64,000 nucleotides of DNA from an uncultured Chloroflexia bacterium (GTDB lineage Bacteria; Chloroflexota; Limnocylindria; Limnocylindrales; CSP1-4), in contig CAWJDE010000002.1 in assembly GCA_963841545.1 (NCBI GenBank), forward strand, positions 122,875 through 186,874. The letters are read 5' to 3'. The notes beneath the pieces were generated by a model, which worked only from the letters and a program-made list of their open reading frames with translations, was not told the origin of the DNA and did not search any database. Below are positions 9,163 to 18,223 of the stretch, in pieces. Position numbers and translations under genes: made by a program. Numbering within the stretch: position 1 is the first letter of the stretch; every line of letters begins with the position of its first letter.

Positions 9163-10635
9163 ATGCAGCTGACGTTCGAGAGCGGCCCGCGGGCGGGTCA
9201 GTCGTTGACCATTGAGCCGGGACGCTCCGTCGTGATCGGGCGCGATCCGGCGGCCGACGTGTTCATCGACGATCCGCGGGTGTCGCGCCCGCACGCGCGC
9301 GTCTGGGTCGACGCGACGGGCGGACCCAGGATCGAGGACCTCAAATCGACGAACGGGACGTTCGTCAACGGCAGCCGGATCGCAAGCGCGACCCCGCTCC
9401 GCTCGGGGGACTCGGTCAGCATCGGCAACACGCGGTTCACGATCGTGGCGGACGCCGCCGGCGGCGAGGCGACCGTGGTGGCCGACGTGCAGGTCACGCG
9501 ACCCGCCGGCGCCTCCCGGCCGTCGATGGTGATGCTTCGCCAGTCGGTGGCGAGCGCCAACCGGACAGCGCGGGTCGCGGTCGGGGTGGCGGCCGTGGTG
9601 GTCGTCGTCGTGGTGGCCGCGGCGGTGTGGCTCCTGGTGCTCGGCCGTCAGGCGACCAACGAGGAGATCGCCACGCGCCTGACGCCGTCGATCGTGCGCA
9701 TCGTCGTCCAGTCCTCGAGCGATCTCGACCCGGGCGGGTCGGGTACCGGCTGGGTGCTCGACGCGAGCCGGGGCGTGATCGTGACCAACAACCACGTGAT
9801 CAACGGTGGCTCGCGGGTGACGGTCACCGGGGAGGGGCTGACTCCCCGCACCGCCAACATCGTGGCGGCCGCTCCGTGCGACGACGTGGCGGTGATCCAC
9901 GTCGATGACAACGCCGGCCTGGTGACTGCCGCCCAGGGGAGCCAGGACGCCCTGCACCAGGGCGACGACGTGATCTCGCTGGGCTACCCGATCACGGGCA
10001 GCAGCCAGGCGAACCTCGTGTTCACGGCCGGCACGATCTCGGTCGTCAAGACCACCTTCGAGGGCGGCGGCGATTTCGGGGGCATCCCGAACCTGCCCAA
10101 CGTCCTCCAGCACAGCGCCCGGATCAATCCCGGCAACTCCGGCGGACCGCTGGTGAACAAGTCGGGCGAGGTCGTGGGGATGAACAGCATCGGGATCTCG
10201 TCCCTGGATCAGAACTACGCGATCGGGATCGACCGCGTGAAGGCCATCGTGCCGGATCTCGAGCAGGGCAAGGGCCTGGCGTGGACCGGCATCGGGATCA
10301 CCACCGCTGCCGCCCTCGCGAACGACTGGGGCGTGCCCGACACGGCGGACATGTCGGGCGCCGACCTCGTGCTGACGGCGCTCGGCCTGCCCGCCGCCGA
10401 CGGGCTGGTCGTGCTGACGGTCAACCCCGGCAGCGAGGCCGACCTCACCGGTCTGTTCGGCAAGTTCCCGATCCTGGTGACGGCGGTCGACGGCCACGCG
10501 GTGCCCGACATGGCGTCCTACTGCGAGGTCGCCGCTCCGCGGGCCAACGGCGACCAGGCGACCTTCTCGGTGGCCTGGCTCGACCCGCAGACCGGCGAGA
10601 CCGTGGCGCGCGACGTGAACCTCCACTACCGCTAG
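9163..10635 (+). CDS. FHA domain - TM helix - trypsin-like (S1/HtrA-like) serine protease with PDZ-like tail
   Basis: FHA region (VVIGRDPAADVFIDDPRVSRPHARV...STNGTFVNG). TM helix (VAVGVAAVVVVVVVAAAVWLLVL). Protease triad context TNNHVI / DDVAVIHV / NPGNSGGPLV. Confidence 0.85.
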   Translation: MQLTFESGPRAGQSLTIEPGRSVVIGRDPAADVFIDDPRVSRPHARVWVDATGGPRIEDLKSTNGTFVNGSRIASATPLRSGDSVSIGNTRFTIVADAAGGEATVVADVQVTRPAGASRPSMVMLRQSVASANRTARVAVGVAAVVVVVVVAAAVWLLVLGRQATNEEIATRLTPSIVRIVVQSSSDLDPGGSGTGWVLDASRGVIVTNNHVINGGSRVTVTGEGLTPRTANIVAAAPCDDVAVIHVDDNAGLVTAAQGSQDALHQGDDVISLGYPITGSSQANLVFTAGTISVVKTTFEGGGDFGGIPNLPNVLQHSARINPGNSGGPLVNKSGEVVGMNSIGISSLDQNYAIGIDRVKAIVPDLEQGKGLAWTGIGITTAAALANDWGVPDTADMSGADLVLTALGLPAADGLVVLTVNPGSEADLTGLFGKFPILVTAVDGHAVPDMASYCEVAAPRANGDQATFSVAWLDPQTGETVARDVNLHYR

Positions 10636-10646
10636 TGAGAGGCCTC

Positions 10647-10677
10647 GCGGCCGGCGGCCGGGATGGCCGCCGGCCGC
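10647..10677 (+). terminator. GC-rich hairpin downstream of the FHA-protease gene
   Basis: Perfect 13-bp inverted repeat GCGGCCGGCGGCC-gggat-GGCCGCCGGCCGC, 12 nt after the stop. There is no clear U-tract. Confidence 0.45.
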
Positions 10678-10764
10678 ACCTCAATGGGGCAGCCGGCCCA
10701 TACCTGAACGACGTCCCGAGCGGGCACCCGATCAGGGCCCATCTCGGCATGGGAGGGTGAAACG

Positions 10765-12861
10765 ATGAAGGATCGGCTCGTCGGACGCCAGTTCGGCCAC
10801 TACACCGTCGAGGGTGTCCTCGGGCGCGGCGGCATGGGCACCGTGTACCGGGCGCGCGACAGCCAGCTGGACCGCACCGTCGCCCTCAAGGTGCTGTCCA
10901 CCGATCGCGCGACGGACCCGTCGTTCCGCACCCGGTTCCTGCGCGAGTCGAAGCTGCTGGCCTCGATCGACCACCCCAACATCGTGCCCGTGTTCGAGGC
11001 CGGCGAGGTGGACGGCGACCTGTTCATCGCGATGCGGTACGTGACGGGACCCGAGCTGTCACGACTGATCGAGGAGCGCGGACCGCTGGCCCCGGTCCAG
11101 GCCGCGACCATCGTGGCCCAGATCGCGGATGCGCTCGACGCGGCGCACGCCAAAGGGCTCATCCACCGCGACATCAAGCCCGCCAACATCCTGGTCGTGC
11201 CGGGACCCACGGCGCACAGCCCGATGCACGCGTATCTCACCGACTTCGGCCTGACCAAGGTGGCCGGCTCGACCGGCGGCCTGACCGAGGTCGGCAAGTT
11301 CGTGGGCACGCCGGGCTACGTCGCGCCGGAGCAGATCCAGGGCCACCCGGTGGATCACCGCGCGGACGTCTACTCGCTCGGCTGCGTGCTCTACGACTGC
11401 CTGACGGGCTCGGTGCCGTTCCCACGGGACAGCACGATGGCGTCGCTGTGGGCCCACGTGAACGAGGTGCCGCCTCGTCCCTCGGACGTGCGGCCCGCGA
11501 TCGGAAACGCGTTCGACGCGGTGGTCGCCCGGGCGATGGCCAAGAACCCCGATGACCGCTATCAGACCGCCGGCGGGTTGGCTGCGGCCGCCAGGGAGGC
11601 CGCAGCCCTGGCGCCCCAGGAGCCGGCACCGGAACCGACCATGGTGGCCTCCGCACCGGATCTCGCGCCGCCCTTGCCCCAGCCGCCGGCGCCGCCGACG
11701 GCGGTCGAGGCCGCAGGGGCGACGATTGCGGCGTCGAGTGCGACGGGCGGCGTGGGCGTGCCCCGGCAGCCAACGGATGGCATGACCCCGCCGCCTCCCG
11801 CCGCGAGCGACGCCACCGTGGTGGCGAGCACCGCAGGCGCACCGACGATCGTGGCGACCGCCTCCGCGAGCCCACCGACGCCCCCCTCTCCCCCGGCACC
11901 GATCGCGGCGGATTCGAGCCTGCCGCCCGACGGACGTCGACCGGGTCGCGGGAGCCGCGGCCTGGCCGCGGTTCTCGGGGCCGGGCTGGTCCTGCTGCTG
12001 GCGCTGACGGCGCTCGGCTACACGTCCGGCGGGTTCGGCCTGCTATCCGGCACGGCGGCGACCGCAACCCCGACCATCGGCGCCCGGGTGCTGCCGCCGG
12101 TCACACCGTCCCCGTCGCCGAGCCCATCGCCGGCGCCCTCGTCGTCGAACGACCTCGCCAGCCCGATCGCCAGCGACGCGCCCCCGACGCCGACGCCCAA
12201 GCCCACGCCGACGCCGACGCCCAAGCCCAAGCCCACGCCGACGCCCGACACCACGGGACCGGCGGGAGGCAGGATCTCGCTGGCCAGCGGTCACTCGATC
12301 ACGACCAACAGGACGATCAAGCTCAAGGTGACGGTGAAGCCCACGGATCCCTCTGGCGTGACGGCCATGGCGGTGTCGAACAAGGCCTCTCGTCCGACGA
12401 AGACGCGCGCCTACGACAACCAGTTCAACTGGACCCTGGCCTCGGGCAAGGCGGGCAAGCGCACCGTGTACGTCTGGTTCCGGGACAGCCACGGCAACTG
12501 GTCGTCGGCCGTGTCCGACGCGATCACCTTCGACCACGCGCCGGTGATCAAGAGCATCGAATTCAACCCCAGCTTCTGCGATGGCTCCCATACCTTCGAC
12601 CTGCTCGCTACATCGCCCTACGCCGCGACCGACGCCGACGGTCAGTCCACGATCAAGATCGTCCGGGTCTGGACGGGCGGCAGCACCTACCCGGGCTCGA
12701 CCGACCTCAGCAGCGGGATCACGTCGGACGGGCTGTACGTCAAGATCACGATCTCGGGTTCGACGCCCGGCAACCACACGCTGACCGACTACTACACGAT
12801 CCGCGACAACTACGGGATCGAGCGGACGGGCCACTTCAAGATCAACCTCACCGGCTGCTAG
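10765..12861 (+). CDS. Hanks-type Ser/Thr protein kinase with TM helix and extracellular domain
   Basis: Glycine-rich loop GRGGMGTVY followed by VALK, then HRDIKPANIL, DFGL, GTPGYVAPE. Pro-rich linker, TM helix (LAAVLGAGLVLLLALTALGY), PT-repeat, and an Ig-like domain with motif RDSHGNWS. Confidence 0.9.
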   Translation: MKDRLVGRQFGHYTVEGVLGRGGMGTVYRARDSQLDRTVALKVLSTDRATDPSFRTRFLRESKLLASIDHPNIVPVFEAGEVDGDLFIAMRYVTGPELSRLIEERGPLAPVQAATIVAQIADALDAAHAKGLIHRDIKPANILVVPGPTAHSPMHAYLTDFGLTKVAGSTGGLTEVGKFVGTPGYVAPEQIQGHPVDHRADVYSLGCVLYDCLTGSVPFPRDSTMASLWAHVNEVPPRPSDVRPAIGNAFDAVVARAMAKNPDDRYQTAGGLAAAAREAAALAPQEPAPEPTMVASAPDLAPPLPQPPAPPTAVEAAGATIAASSATGGVGVPRQPTDGMTPPPPAASDATVVASTAGAPTIVATASASPPTPPSPPAPIAADSSLPPDGRRPGRGSRGLAAVLGAGLVLLLALTALGYTSGGFGLLSGTAATATPTIGARVLPPVTPSPSPSPSPAPSSSNDLASPIASDAPPTPTPKPTPTPTPKPKPTPTPDTTGPAGGRISLASGHSITTNRTIKLKVTVKPTDPSGVTAMAVSNKASRPTKTRAYDNQFNWTLASGKAGKRTVYVWFRDSHGNWSSAVSDAITFDHAPVIKSIEFNPSFCDGSHTFDLLATSPYAATDADGQSTIKIVRVWTGGSTYPGSTDLSSGITSDGLYVKITISGSTPGNHTLTDYYTIRDNYGIERTGHFKINLTGC

Positions 12862-12898
12862 CGGCCGGCGGCATACGCCCCGGCCGGCCAGGCGAATC

Positions 12899-12931
12899 GC
12901 AGGAGGCCCCGGCATGGCCGGGGCCTCCTGC
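12899..12931. terminator. Bidirectional hairpin between convergent kinase and S8 peptidase genes
   Basis: Perfect 15-bp inverted repeat GCAGGAGGCCCCGGC-atg-GCCGGGGCCTCCTGC in the 89-nt convergent gap. Confidence 0.6.
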
Positions 12932-12950
12932 CTCGCGTTCGGGCTTGCGG

Positions 12951-15119
12951 CTACTTCATGAGCACGAACCCGTCCACGTCGATCTTCGGGTGGCCGGCGG
13001 TGCCGACCGCCACGACCTGCAGGGTGTGGCGGGTGCCCGTGGACACGAGCGTCGAGAAGACCACCATCCGGCCGGCCGAAGCCTGGCGGTAGAGGTTCAC
13101 GCGGCCGACGTACGACCCGTCGAGCCAGACATCGGCCTGGCCGCGCGTGGTGCCCTGGGAGGCGATCCAGGCGATGCCGCGTCCGGTGAAGGTGAACGAG
13201 GCGGTGGCGCCGCGCTTTGAGGCCACGGTCACCGAGCCGGCCTCGGCGGGCTTCCAGGCGGCCCGGTACCACGTCCCGGCGTAGCCGATGTACTTGCTGC
13301 TGTCGCTGTAGTCGACGGGCTTGATCGTCGGCCCGGTCGCCCACGCGCCCCAGTTTCCGGCACCGTCACGGGCATTGACCGTGAACCGGTAGGTGTGGCC
13401 CGAGATGAGGTTCAGCGTCACCGACCGCGTCGTTGCCGAGGCAAGGGTGACGTCGGTCCAGGCGCCGCCGTCCGTGCTGACCTTCACGGCGTAGCGGGTG
13501 ATGCCGCTGGCGTCGCTGGCCTTCCACGAGATGGTGGTGGGGACGCCGTCGCCGCGGGTGACCTGGTAGCCGACGGCGGTCACGGCCTGCGGGGCCGCGA
13601 TCGAGGGGGCAGTCTGGTCGGACCCGCCGGTCCCGCCGCCGGAACCGCCCGTCCCGCCGAGGGCCTGGATCGCTCGCTCCAGGTTCGGGAGCGGACCGAT
13701 CTGGCCGGCGACCGACGTGTCCTGCGGGGTCCCGGTGGACTTGAGCAGCGAGCGGATCTGGCCCGGGGTGGCCGGCGTCCCGGTGCGCGTCTCGATGATG
13801 CTCGACAGGACGGCCGCCGCCCCGGCGACGACGGGCGAGGCGCTGGACGTGCCGCTGAACTGCTGCGTGTACGTGGCGTTCGAGCCGCCGTTGTAGAGGT
13901 CACCGTAGCCCGTGGTCGTGACGCACTCGCCCCAGCCCTGGACATCGACCCGCGACCCGTAGTCGGAGAAGGAGGCGCGCGAGCGCGGGTGGGTGGCAGA
14001 GCCGAAGCCGGCGCAGCCCTCGACCTGGCCGGCACCGACCATGATCGCCCCGGAGTCGGAGCGTCCGATGCCCAGCGCATCGAGGTTCTGGCTGCCGTTG
14101 GCCGCCGGCTCGATCACGATCATGCCCGCGTCCACCGCGGCGCGGATGGCGGCGAACACCGTCGGGTCGAACTCGACCGGCACGTAGTCGCCGCCACCGC
14201 TCGTGAGCGCAAGCTGCTGCTCGATGAGGATGACGTCGCCCCGGCTCGCGTTCGCCGCGGCGGTCGAGATCGCGCGTGCGAGCTGGTAGCCGGCCGCCGC
14301 GTCGAACGTGTTGACAAGCCCGATCGCGGCCCGGGGAGCGATCCCCGTCACGCCGAACGAGTTGGGCGTCCCGATGAGCTCGCCCAGCACCGCGGTGCCA
14401 TGGTCGGTGTCCGACTTGCCATGCGGCGCCGTAGGGGATCCGACGCTGATCCGCGCCGATGCGGCCCGCCCGAGATCCTCGTGCGAGGTGTTCCAGTCGA
14501 ACTCGACGTCGAAGATCTTGACCCGGTCGCCCTGCCCGCCTGCGACCTTGGCCGCGTAGGCCACGCCGATGCCCTCGGGAGCGGCGGCCTGGTAGCCCTG
14601 CCGAGCGGTGAAGTCACCGGCCACCGGAAGGGAGACCTCGAGGTTGACGTAGACGCGGGCGACGGCCGCGCTGTCGTTGAGGAGATCGAGGACCCGGTCG
14701 CCGGCAGGGCCATCGGGGACCGAGACCGTGAACCAGGTGTCGAGGGATCGGAGCGTCGAGGCCGCGCGGTCGGCCGACATGTCCTTGACCAGCGACGCGC
14801 GCTCGGCCTTCGAGAGGGTGAACAGCGGCTTGAGCGCCAGGCTCGACGGCGTCGCCGTCCGGCTGGCACCCGAGGCGAGCTGGACGGAGACCGTTCGGCT
14901 GGCACCGGGGCCGGCAGCGCTCGCCAGCCGCTGCCTGGCGGTCGCGAAGGACGCGTCCCGCGCGGCCGACGAGAGGGGGGCCGTCAGCCCGGCCGTCGAG
15001 ACCGGAGCTCGGTCGGCCGGCGCGGGCGGCCGGTTCACGAGCAGGGTGCCGGTCGCCAGCACGGCGATCGACGTGAGGCACAGGACCGAGGTAGCGATGA
15101 CGCGGCGGGTGCTGAGCAT
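12951..15119 (-). CDS. Secreted S8-family (subtilisin-like) peptidase with Ig-like and beta-sandwich C-terminal domains
   Basis: Start MLSTRRVIATSVLCLTSIAVLATG (signal/TM) with a purine-rich RBS. D/H/S contexts KIFDVEFDW, DTDHGTAVLGEL, FSGTSSASPVVAGAAAV. The C-terminal domain carries the motif RDGAGNWG. Confidence 0.85.
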   Translation of the reverse strand: MLSTRRVIATSVLCLTSIAVLATGTLLVNRPPAPADRAPVSTAGLTAPLSSAARDASFATARQRLASAAGPGASRTVSVQLASGASRTATPSSLALKPLFTLSKAERASLVKDMSADRAASTLRSLDTWFTVSVPDGPAGDRVLDLLNDSAAVARVYVNLEVSLPVAGDFTARQGYQAAAPEGIGVAYAAKVAGGQGDRVKIFDVEFDWNTSHEDLGRAASARISVGSPTAPHGKSDTDHGTAVLGELIGTPNSFGVTGIAPRAAIGLVNTFDAAAGYQLARAISTAAANASRGDVILIEQQLALTSGGGDYVPVEFDPTVFAAIRAAVDAGMIVIEPAANGSQNLDALGIGRSDSGAIMVGAGQVEGCAGFGSATHPRSRASFSDYGSRVDVQGWGECVTTTGYGDLYNGGSNATYTQQFSGTSSASPVVAGAAAVLSSIIETRTGTPATPGQIRSLLKSTGTPQDTSVAGQIGPLPNLERAIQALGGTGGSGGGTGGSDQTAPSIAAPQAVTAVGYQVTRGDGVPTTISWKASDASGITRYAVKVSTDGGAWTDVTLASATTRSVTLNLISGHTYRFTVNARDGAGNWGAWATGPTIKPVDYSDSSKYIGYAGTWYRAAWKPAEAGSVTVASKRGATASFTFTGRGIAWIASQGTTRGQADVWLDGSYVGRVNLYRQASAGRMVVFSTLVSTGTRHTLQVVAVGTAGHPKIDVDGFVLMK

Positions 15120-15382
15120 CTGATGGTTCCCTTCCCTCTGGAGCTCGCCGCCGAGGTGCGGCGCTGGTCTGGAAGGAGGGTCTCCAACACGGGTCTGGGG
15201 AACATCGGGCGGGATCCCCATCCCGGGCGCCGTCCATGCCCCATTTCCACGGCGTGCCGATGCAGCCCGTCGGACGCGGGAGGGGCTCGAGGGCGAACCC
15301 GGGAGCCTCGCGGTTGGCCGCAGCCCGACCGCTGGCGGCGCTTGTCCGCGGGGCTCCGGCTGCCCGTGGGTAGGATTGCCGC

Positions 15383-15952
15383 ATGAGCGACGCCGGGCGC
15401 ATCGAGGTCATCTGCGGCCCGATGTTCGCGGGCAAGACCGAGGAGCTGCTGCGGCGCGTGCGGCGCGCGGTCATCGCGGGTCGCGGGGTGCTCGTGTTCG
15501 ACCATGCGCTCGACACGCGCCACAGCGCCGGCCGGCTGGCCTCGCACGCGGGGATCGACCACCCGGCCACGATGGTCGCGAACGCGGCGGAGATCCTGCC
15601 CGCCGTCGGTGACCGGAGGGGCATGGTGGCCATCGACGAGGCGCAGTTCTTCGGCCCCGATCTCGTGGACGTGGCAGGAGAGCTGGCGGGTCGCGGGCTG
15701 GTGGTCGCCATCGCCGGCCTCGACGTGACGTTCGACGGCCTGCCGTTCGAGCCGCTGCCGTCGCTGATGGCGCTCGCGGAGCGCGTCGACAAGCTGACGG
15801 CGATCTGCACCGTGTGCGGCGAGGACGCCGTCTATCACGTGCGGCTGGCCGCGACCATGACCACCGCGACCGACCTCGTCGCGGAGCACGTCGGCAGCGA
15901 GGACAAGTACCAGGCCCGCTGTCGCCGCCACTTCCCGGCTACCCGGGGCTGA
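15383..15952 (+). CDS. tdk: Thymidine kinase
   Basis: P-loop GPMFAGKTEEL, DEAQFF, and C-terminal Cys cluster CTVCG...RCRRH. Length 189 aa. Confidence 0.9.
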   Translation: MSDAGRIEVICGPMFAGKTEELLRRVRRAVIAGRGVLVFDHALDTRHSAGRLASHAGIDHPATMVANAAEILPAVGDRRGMVAIDEAQFFGPDLVDVAGELAGRGLVVAIAGLDVTFDGLPFEPLPSLMALAERVDKLTAICTVCGEDAVYHVRLAATMTTATDLVAEHVGSEDKYQARCRRHFPATRG

Positions 15953-16177
15953 TGCCCTCAGGCTCAGGGGCCGATCGAGAGGCGGCTGGCAATGGGACAG
16001 GGCCCACAGGACGCTGCATCGCACCGGCCGGTCCAGTCGCGCCGGCCATGCCGTGCCGTCATCCGCGCGCACGCGCTACGGTAGGCCCGTGACCGCGGCG
16101 GGGGCCGGCCGGCGCCGCGACGCCGATCGGCGGGTCGGTGCGGACGGCAGGCAGGCTGACGAGAGGAGATGCGCACG

Positions 16178-16627
16178 ATGATCATCGCGGTGGGGTCCGA
16201 CCACGGCGGCTTCTCCCTCAAGGCGGTCGTCATCGACGAGCTCGAGGCGCTCGGCCACACGGTTCGCGATTTCGGCGCCGCGGCGTACGACGGCGCCGAC
16301 GACTACACCGATTTCGCCGCGCTGGTCGGCCATGCGATCCGCGACGGGCAGGTGGAGCGCGGGGTGGTGCTGTGCGGCAGCGGCGTTGGCGCCTGCATCG
16401 CCGCCAACAAGATCCACGGCGTGCGCGCCTGTGTGTGCCACGACACGTACTCGGCGCGGCAGGGCGTCGAGCACGATGCGATGAACGTGCTGTGCCTGGG
16501 CGCCCGGGTCATCGGCGAAGAGCTGGCGCGCGAGCTGGTTCGGGCGTTCATGTCGGGCGCGCTGCGGTCGGAGGAGCGCTTCCGCCGGCGGCTGGCGAAG
16601 GTCTCCGCGCTCGAGCAGGAAGGCTGA
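16178..16627 (+). CDS. rpiB: Ribose-5-phosphate isomerase B (RpiB/LacA/LacB family)
   Basis: MIIAVGSDHGG..., CGSGVGACIAANK, ARQGVEHDAMNVLCLG. The second ATG is chosen because GAGAGGAG lies 9 nt upstream of it and abuts the first ATG at 16169. Confidence 0.9.
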   Translation: MIIAVGSDHGGFSLKAVVIDELEALGHTVRDFGAAAYDGADDYTDFAALVGHAIRDGQVERGVVLCGSGVGACIAANKIHGVRACVCHDTYSARQGVEHDAMNVLCLGARVIGEELARELVRAFMSGALRSEERFRRRLAKVSALEQEG

Positions 16628-16775
16628 GGCCTGCGGCCCGGACGGCTCCGGCGCCTCGCGCGCGGCCATCGAGCGCGTCGAGGCCGAGGAACGCCTCGCA
16701 CGCGGCGGGATCGAGACGACCTTCTCCGTGGGCCGGGAGCGCGGCACCCCCGTCCGGAGACGCGCCGCGCCTGGG

Positions 16776-17123
16776 TCAGTGGAGGGCGCGCCGCCAGTTC
16801 GACGGCACGCGGCCGGCCGGCCCCGGAACGGGCTGGTCGAGCGGGTGATGCAGCGGCGGCGTCAGCTCAGGGCCATCCACGAAGTCGTCGGCCGCATAGT
16901 CCCAGAACCAGTCCTCACCCGGCTCGAAGCTCGCGATCACCGGGTGCCCGAACGCCGACGCGTGCGCCATGGCGTGCTGCGAGGGCGAGCTGTCGCAGCA
17001 GCCGACATGGCCGCATGCCACGCACCGTCGCAGGTGAAACCACCAGCCGCCCGTGTCGAGGCACTCGGCACATCCGTCACCGCTGGGCGGTGCACCTCGA
17101 ACAGGCTCGTCGACGTCCGGCAT
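16776..17123 (-). CDS. UBP-type zinc-finger protein
   Basis: CAECLDTGGWWFHLRRCVACGHVGCCDSSPSQHAMAHASAFGHPVI matches the zf-UBP Cys/His pattern. Confidence 0.7.
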   Translation of the reverse strand: MPDVDEPVRGAPPSGDGCAECLDTGGWWFHLRRCVACGHVGCCDSSPSQHAMAHASAFGHPVIASFEPGEDWFWDYAADDFVDGPELTPPLHHPLDQPVPGPAGRVPSNWRRALH

Positions 17124-17207
17124 GACCTTCCTTCCGCTGGTCGCCCCCGACGTGCGCAGTGTCGCCGATCGGGGTGCGTCGCGTGGTCGAGGAAGGTCGG
17201 CGGTCGA

Positions 17208-17672
17208 TCAGGCCGAGCGGGCCACCCGTGCCCCGCACCCCGGGCAGGTCCCCGCGAGACCGCGGCGCCCGTCTCGCATCACCGTCTCGCGGACGTCGGT
17301 CATCACGATGGTGCGCCGCTCTCGCAGGCAGTAGGCGCGGGGGCCTGCCGCGGCCGGCAGAGCGACGGGATCGTCGGTCTCGATCTCGGGCGGCGCCGGA
17401 GCCGCGGCCTGCGCGCGCAGGCGCTCGATCCGGGCGGCCAGCGCCACGCTTCGCTCCAGCACCCGGTCCAGCTTGCGGCGCCGCCGGGCCTGCGTCGATC
17501 GCGGCGCACCCCGCCGCTTCGCCTTCTCCAGCTTGTGCCGGCGCGTGGCCTCGAGGTCGCGCGCGTCAGCCAGGCGCCGCTCGAGCCGGCGAACGGCACG
17601 CTCGGCATCCGCGGACCGGGTCTGCGACGCGATCTGCGGGCGATCATCCGGCCCCTGAGTCTCCCGGCTCAT
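17208..17672 (-). CDS. Hypothetical protein with coiled-coil and C-terminal DUF5679-like zinc ribbon
   Basis: The C-terminus AYCLRERRTIVMTDVRETVMRDGRRGLAGTCPGCGARV resembles the DUF5679 pattern. ATG 17672 is chosen to avoid overlap with the cupin gene. Confidence 0.5.
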   Translation of the reverse strand: MSRETQGPDDRPQIASQTRSADAERAVRRLERRLADARDLEATRRHKLEKAKRRGAPRSTQARRRRKLDRVLERSVALAARIERLRAQAAAPAPPEIETDDPVALPAAAGPRAYCLRERRTIVMTDVRETVMRDGRRGLAGTCPGCGARVARSA

Positions 17673-17811
17673 CGAGCCCTCCCGTAGCAGCCGCCGGCAG
17701 CCTCCGAGACGAGCGCCAGCCAGCGTTGTCGCCATCGTCGGCGGCGTGGGCGCGGACGTCGATCCCCTGATCGGAGCCCGCTGCCCGGACGATCGTCCCC
17801 GGCGGGCGAGT

Positions 17812-18222
17812 CTAGCCCGGGAGAGAGCCCGGGTCACCGGGCTTGAGGCCCTGGCTGATCATCCCCAGCGAGGGGTCGGGGCCCTTGAAGCCGATCAGGT
17901 ACTCGAGCCGGATCGGGGCGAAGCACTCGTAGAACACGACGTCCTCGTCACCCAGCTGGCGGAACGCGTGGACGACGTTGGACCCGATGACCATCAAGGC
18001 CCCGGGACCCACCTCGGCCTCCTCGTCGGCGACCTTCGCCCAAAGCCGCCCGGACACGACCAGCATGATCTGCTCGGCCTCGTGGCGGTGCTCCGGGATC
18101 ACGGCCCCGCCGCGGTACACGATCCGGGTCATCATGACCTTCTCGCCCGACACCGCCTGGCGCAGGACGCCCGGGACGTACTCGACCGTCGGGAACTCGT
18201 CCCACGTCGTGATCTGGCGCAT
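17812..18222 (-). CDS. Cupin-domain protein
   Basis: 136 aa. Cupin motifs GGAVIPEHRHEAEQIMLVVSGRL and GPGALMVIGSNVVHAF. Lies 1 nt downstream of the Mo-subunit gene. Confidence 0.8.
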   Translation of the reverse strand: MRQITTWDEFPTVEYVPGVLRQAVSGEKVMMTRIVYRGGAVIPEHRHEAEQIMLVVSGRLWAKVADEEAEVGPGALMVIGSNVVHAFRQLGDEDVVFYECFAPIRLEYLIGFKGPDPSLGMISQGLKPGDPGSLPG

Positions 18223-18223
18223 G

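Noticed and set aside
12181-12245. PT/PK dinucleotide-like repeat (PTPTPKPTPTPTPKPKPTPTP)
   Set aside because: It is an in-frame Pro/Thr linker between the TM helix and the extracellular domain of the kinase, which is a common feature. It is not an independent element.
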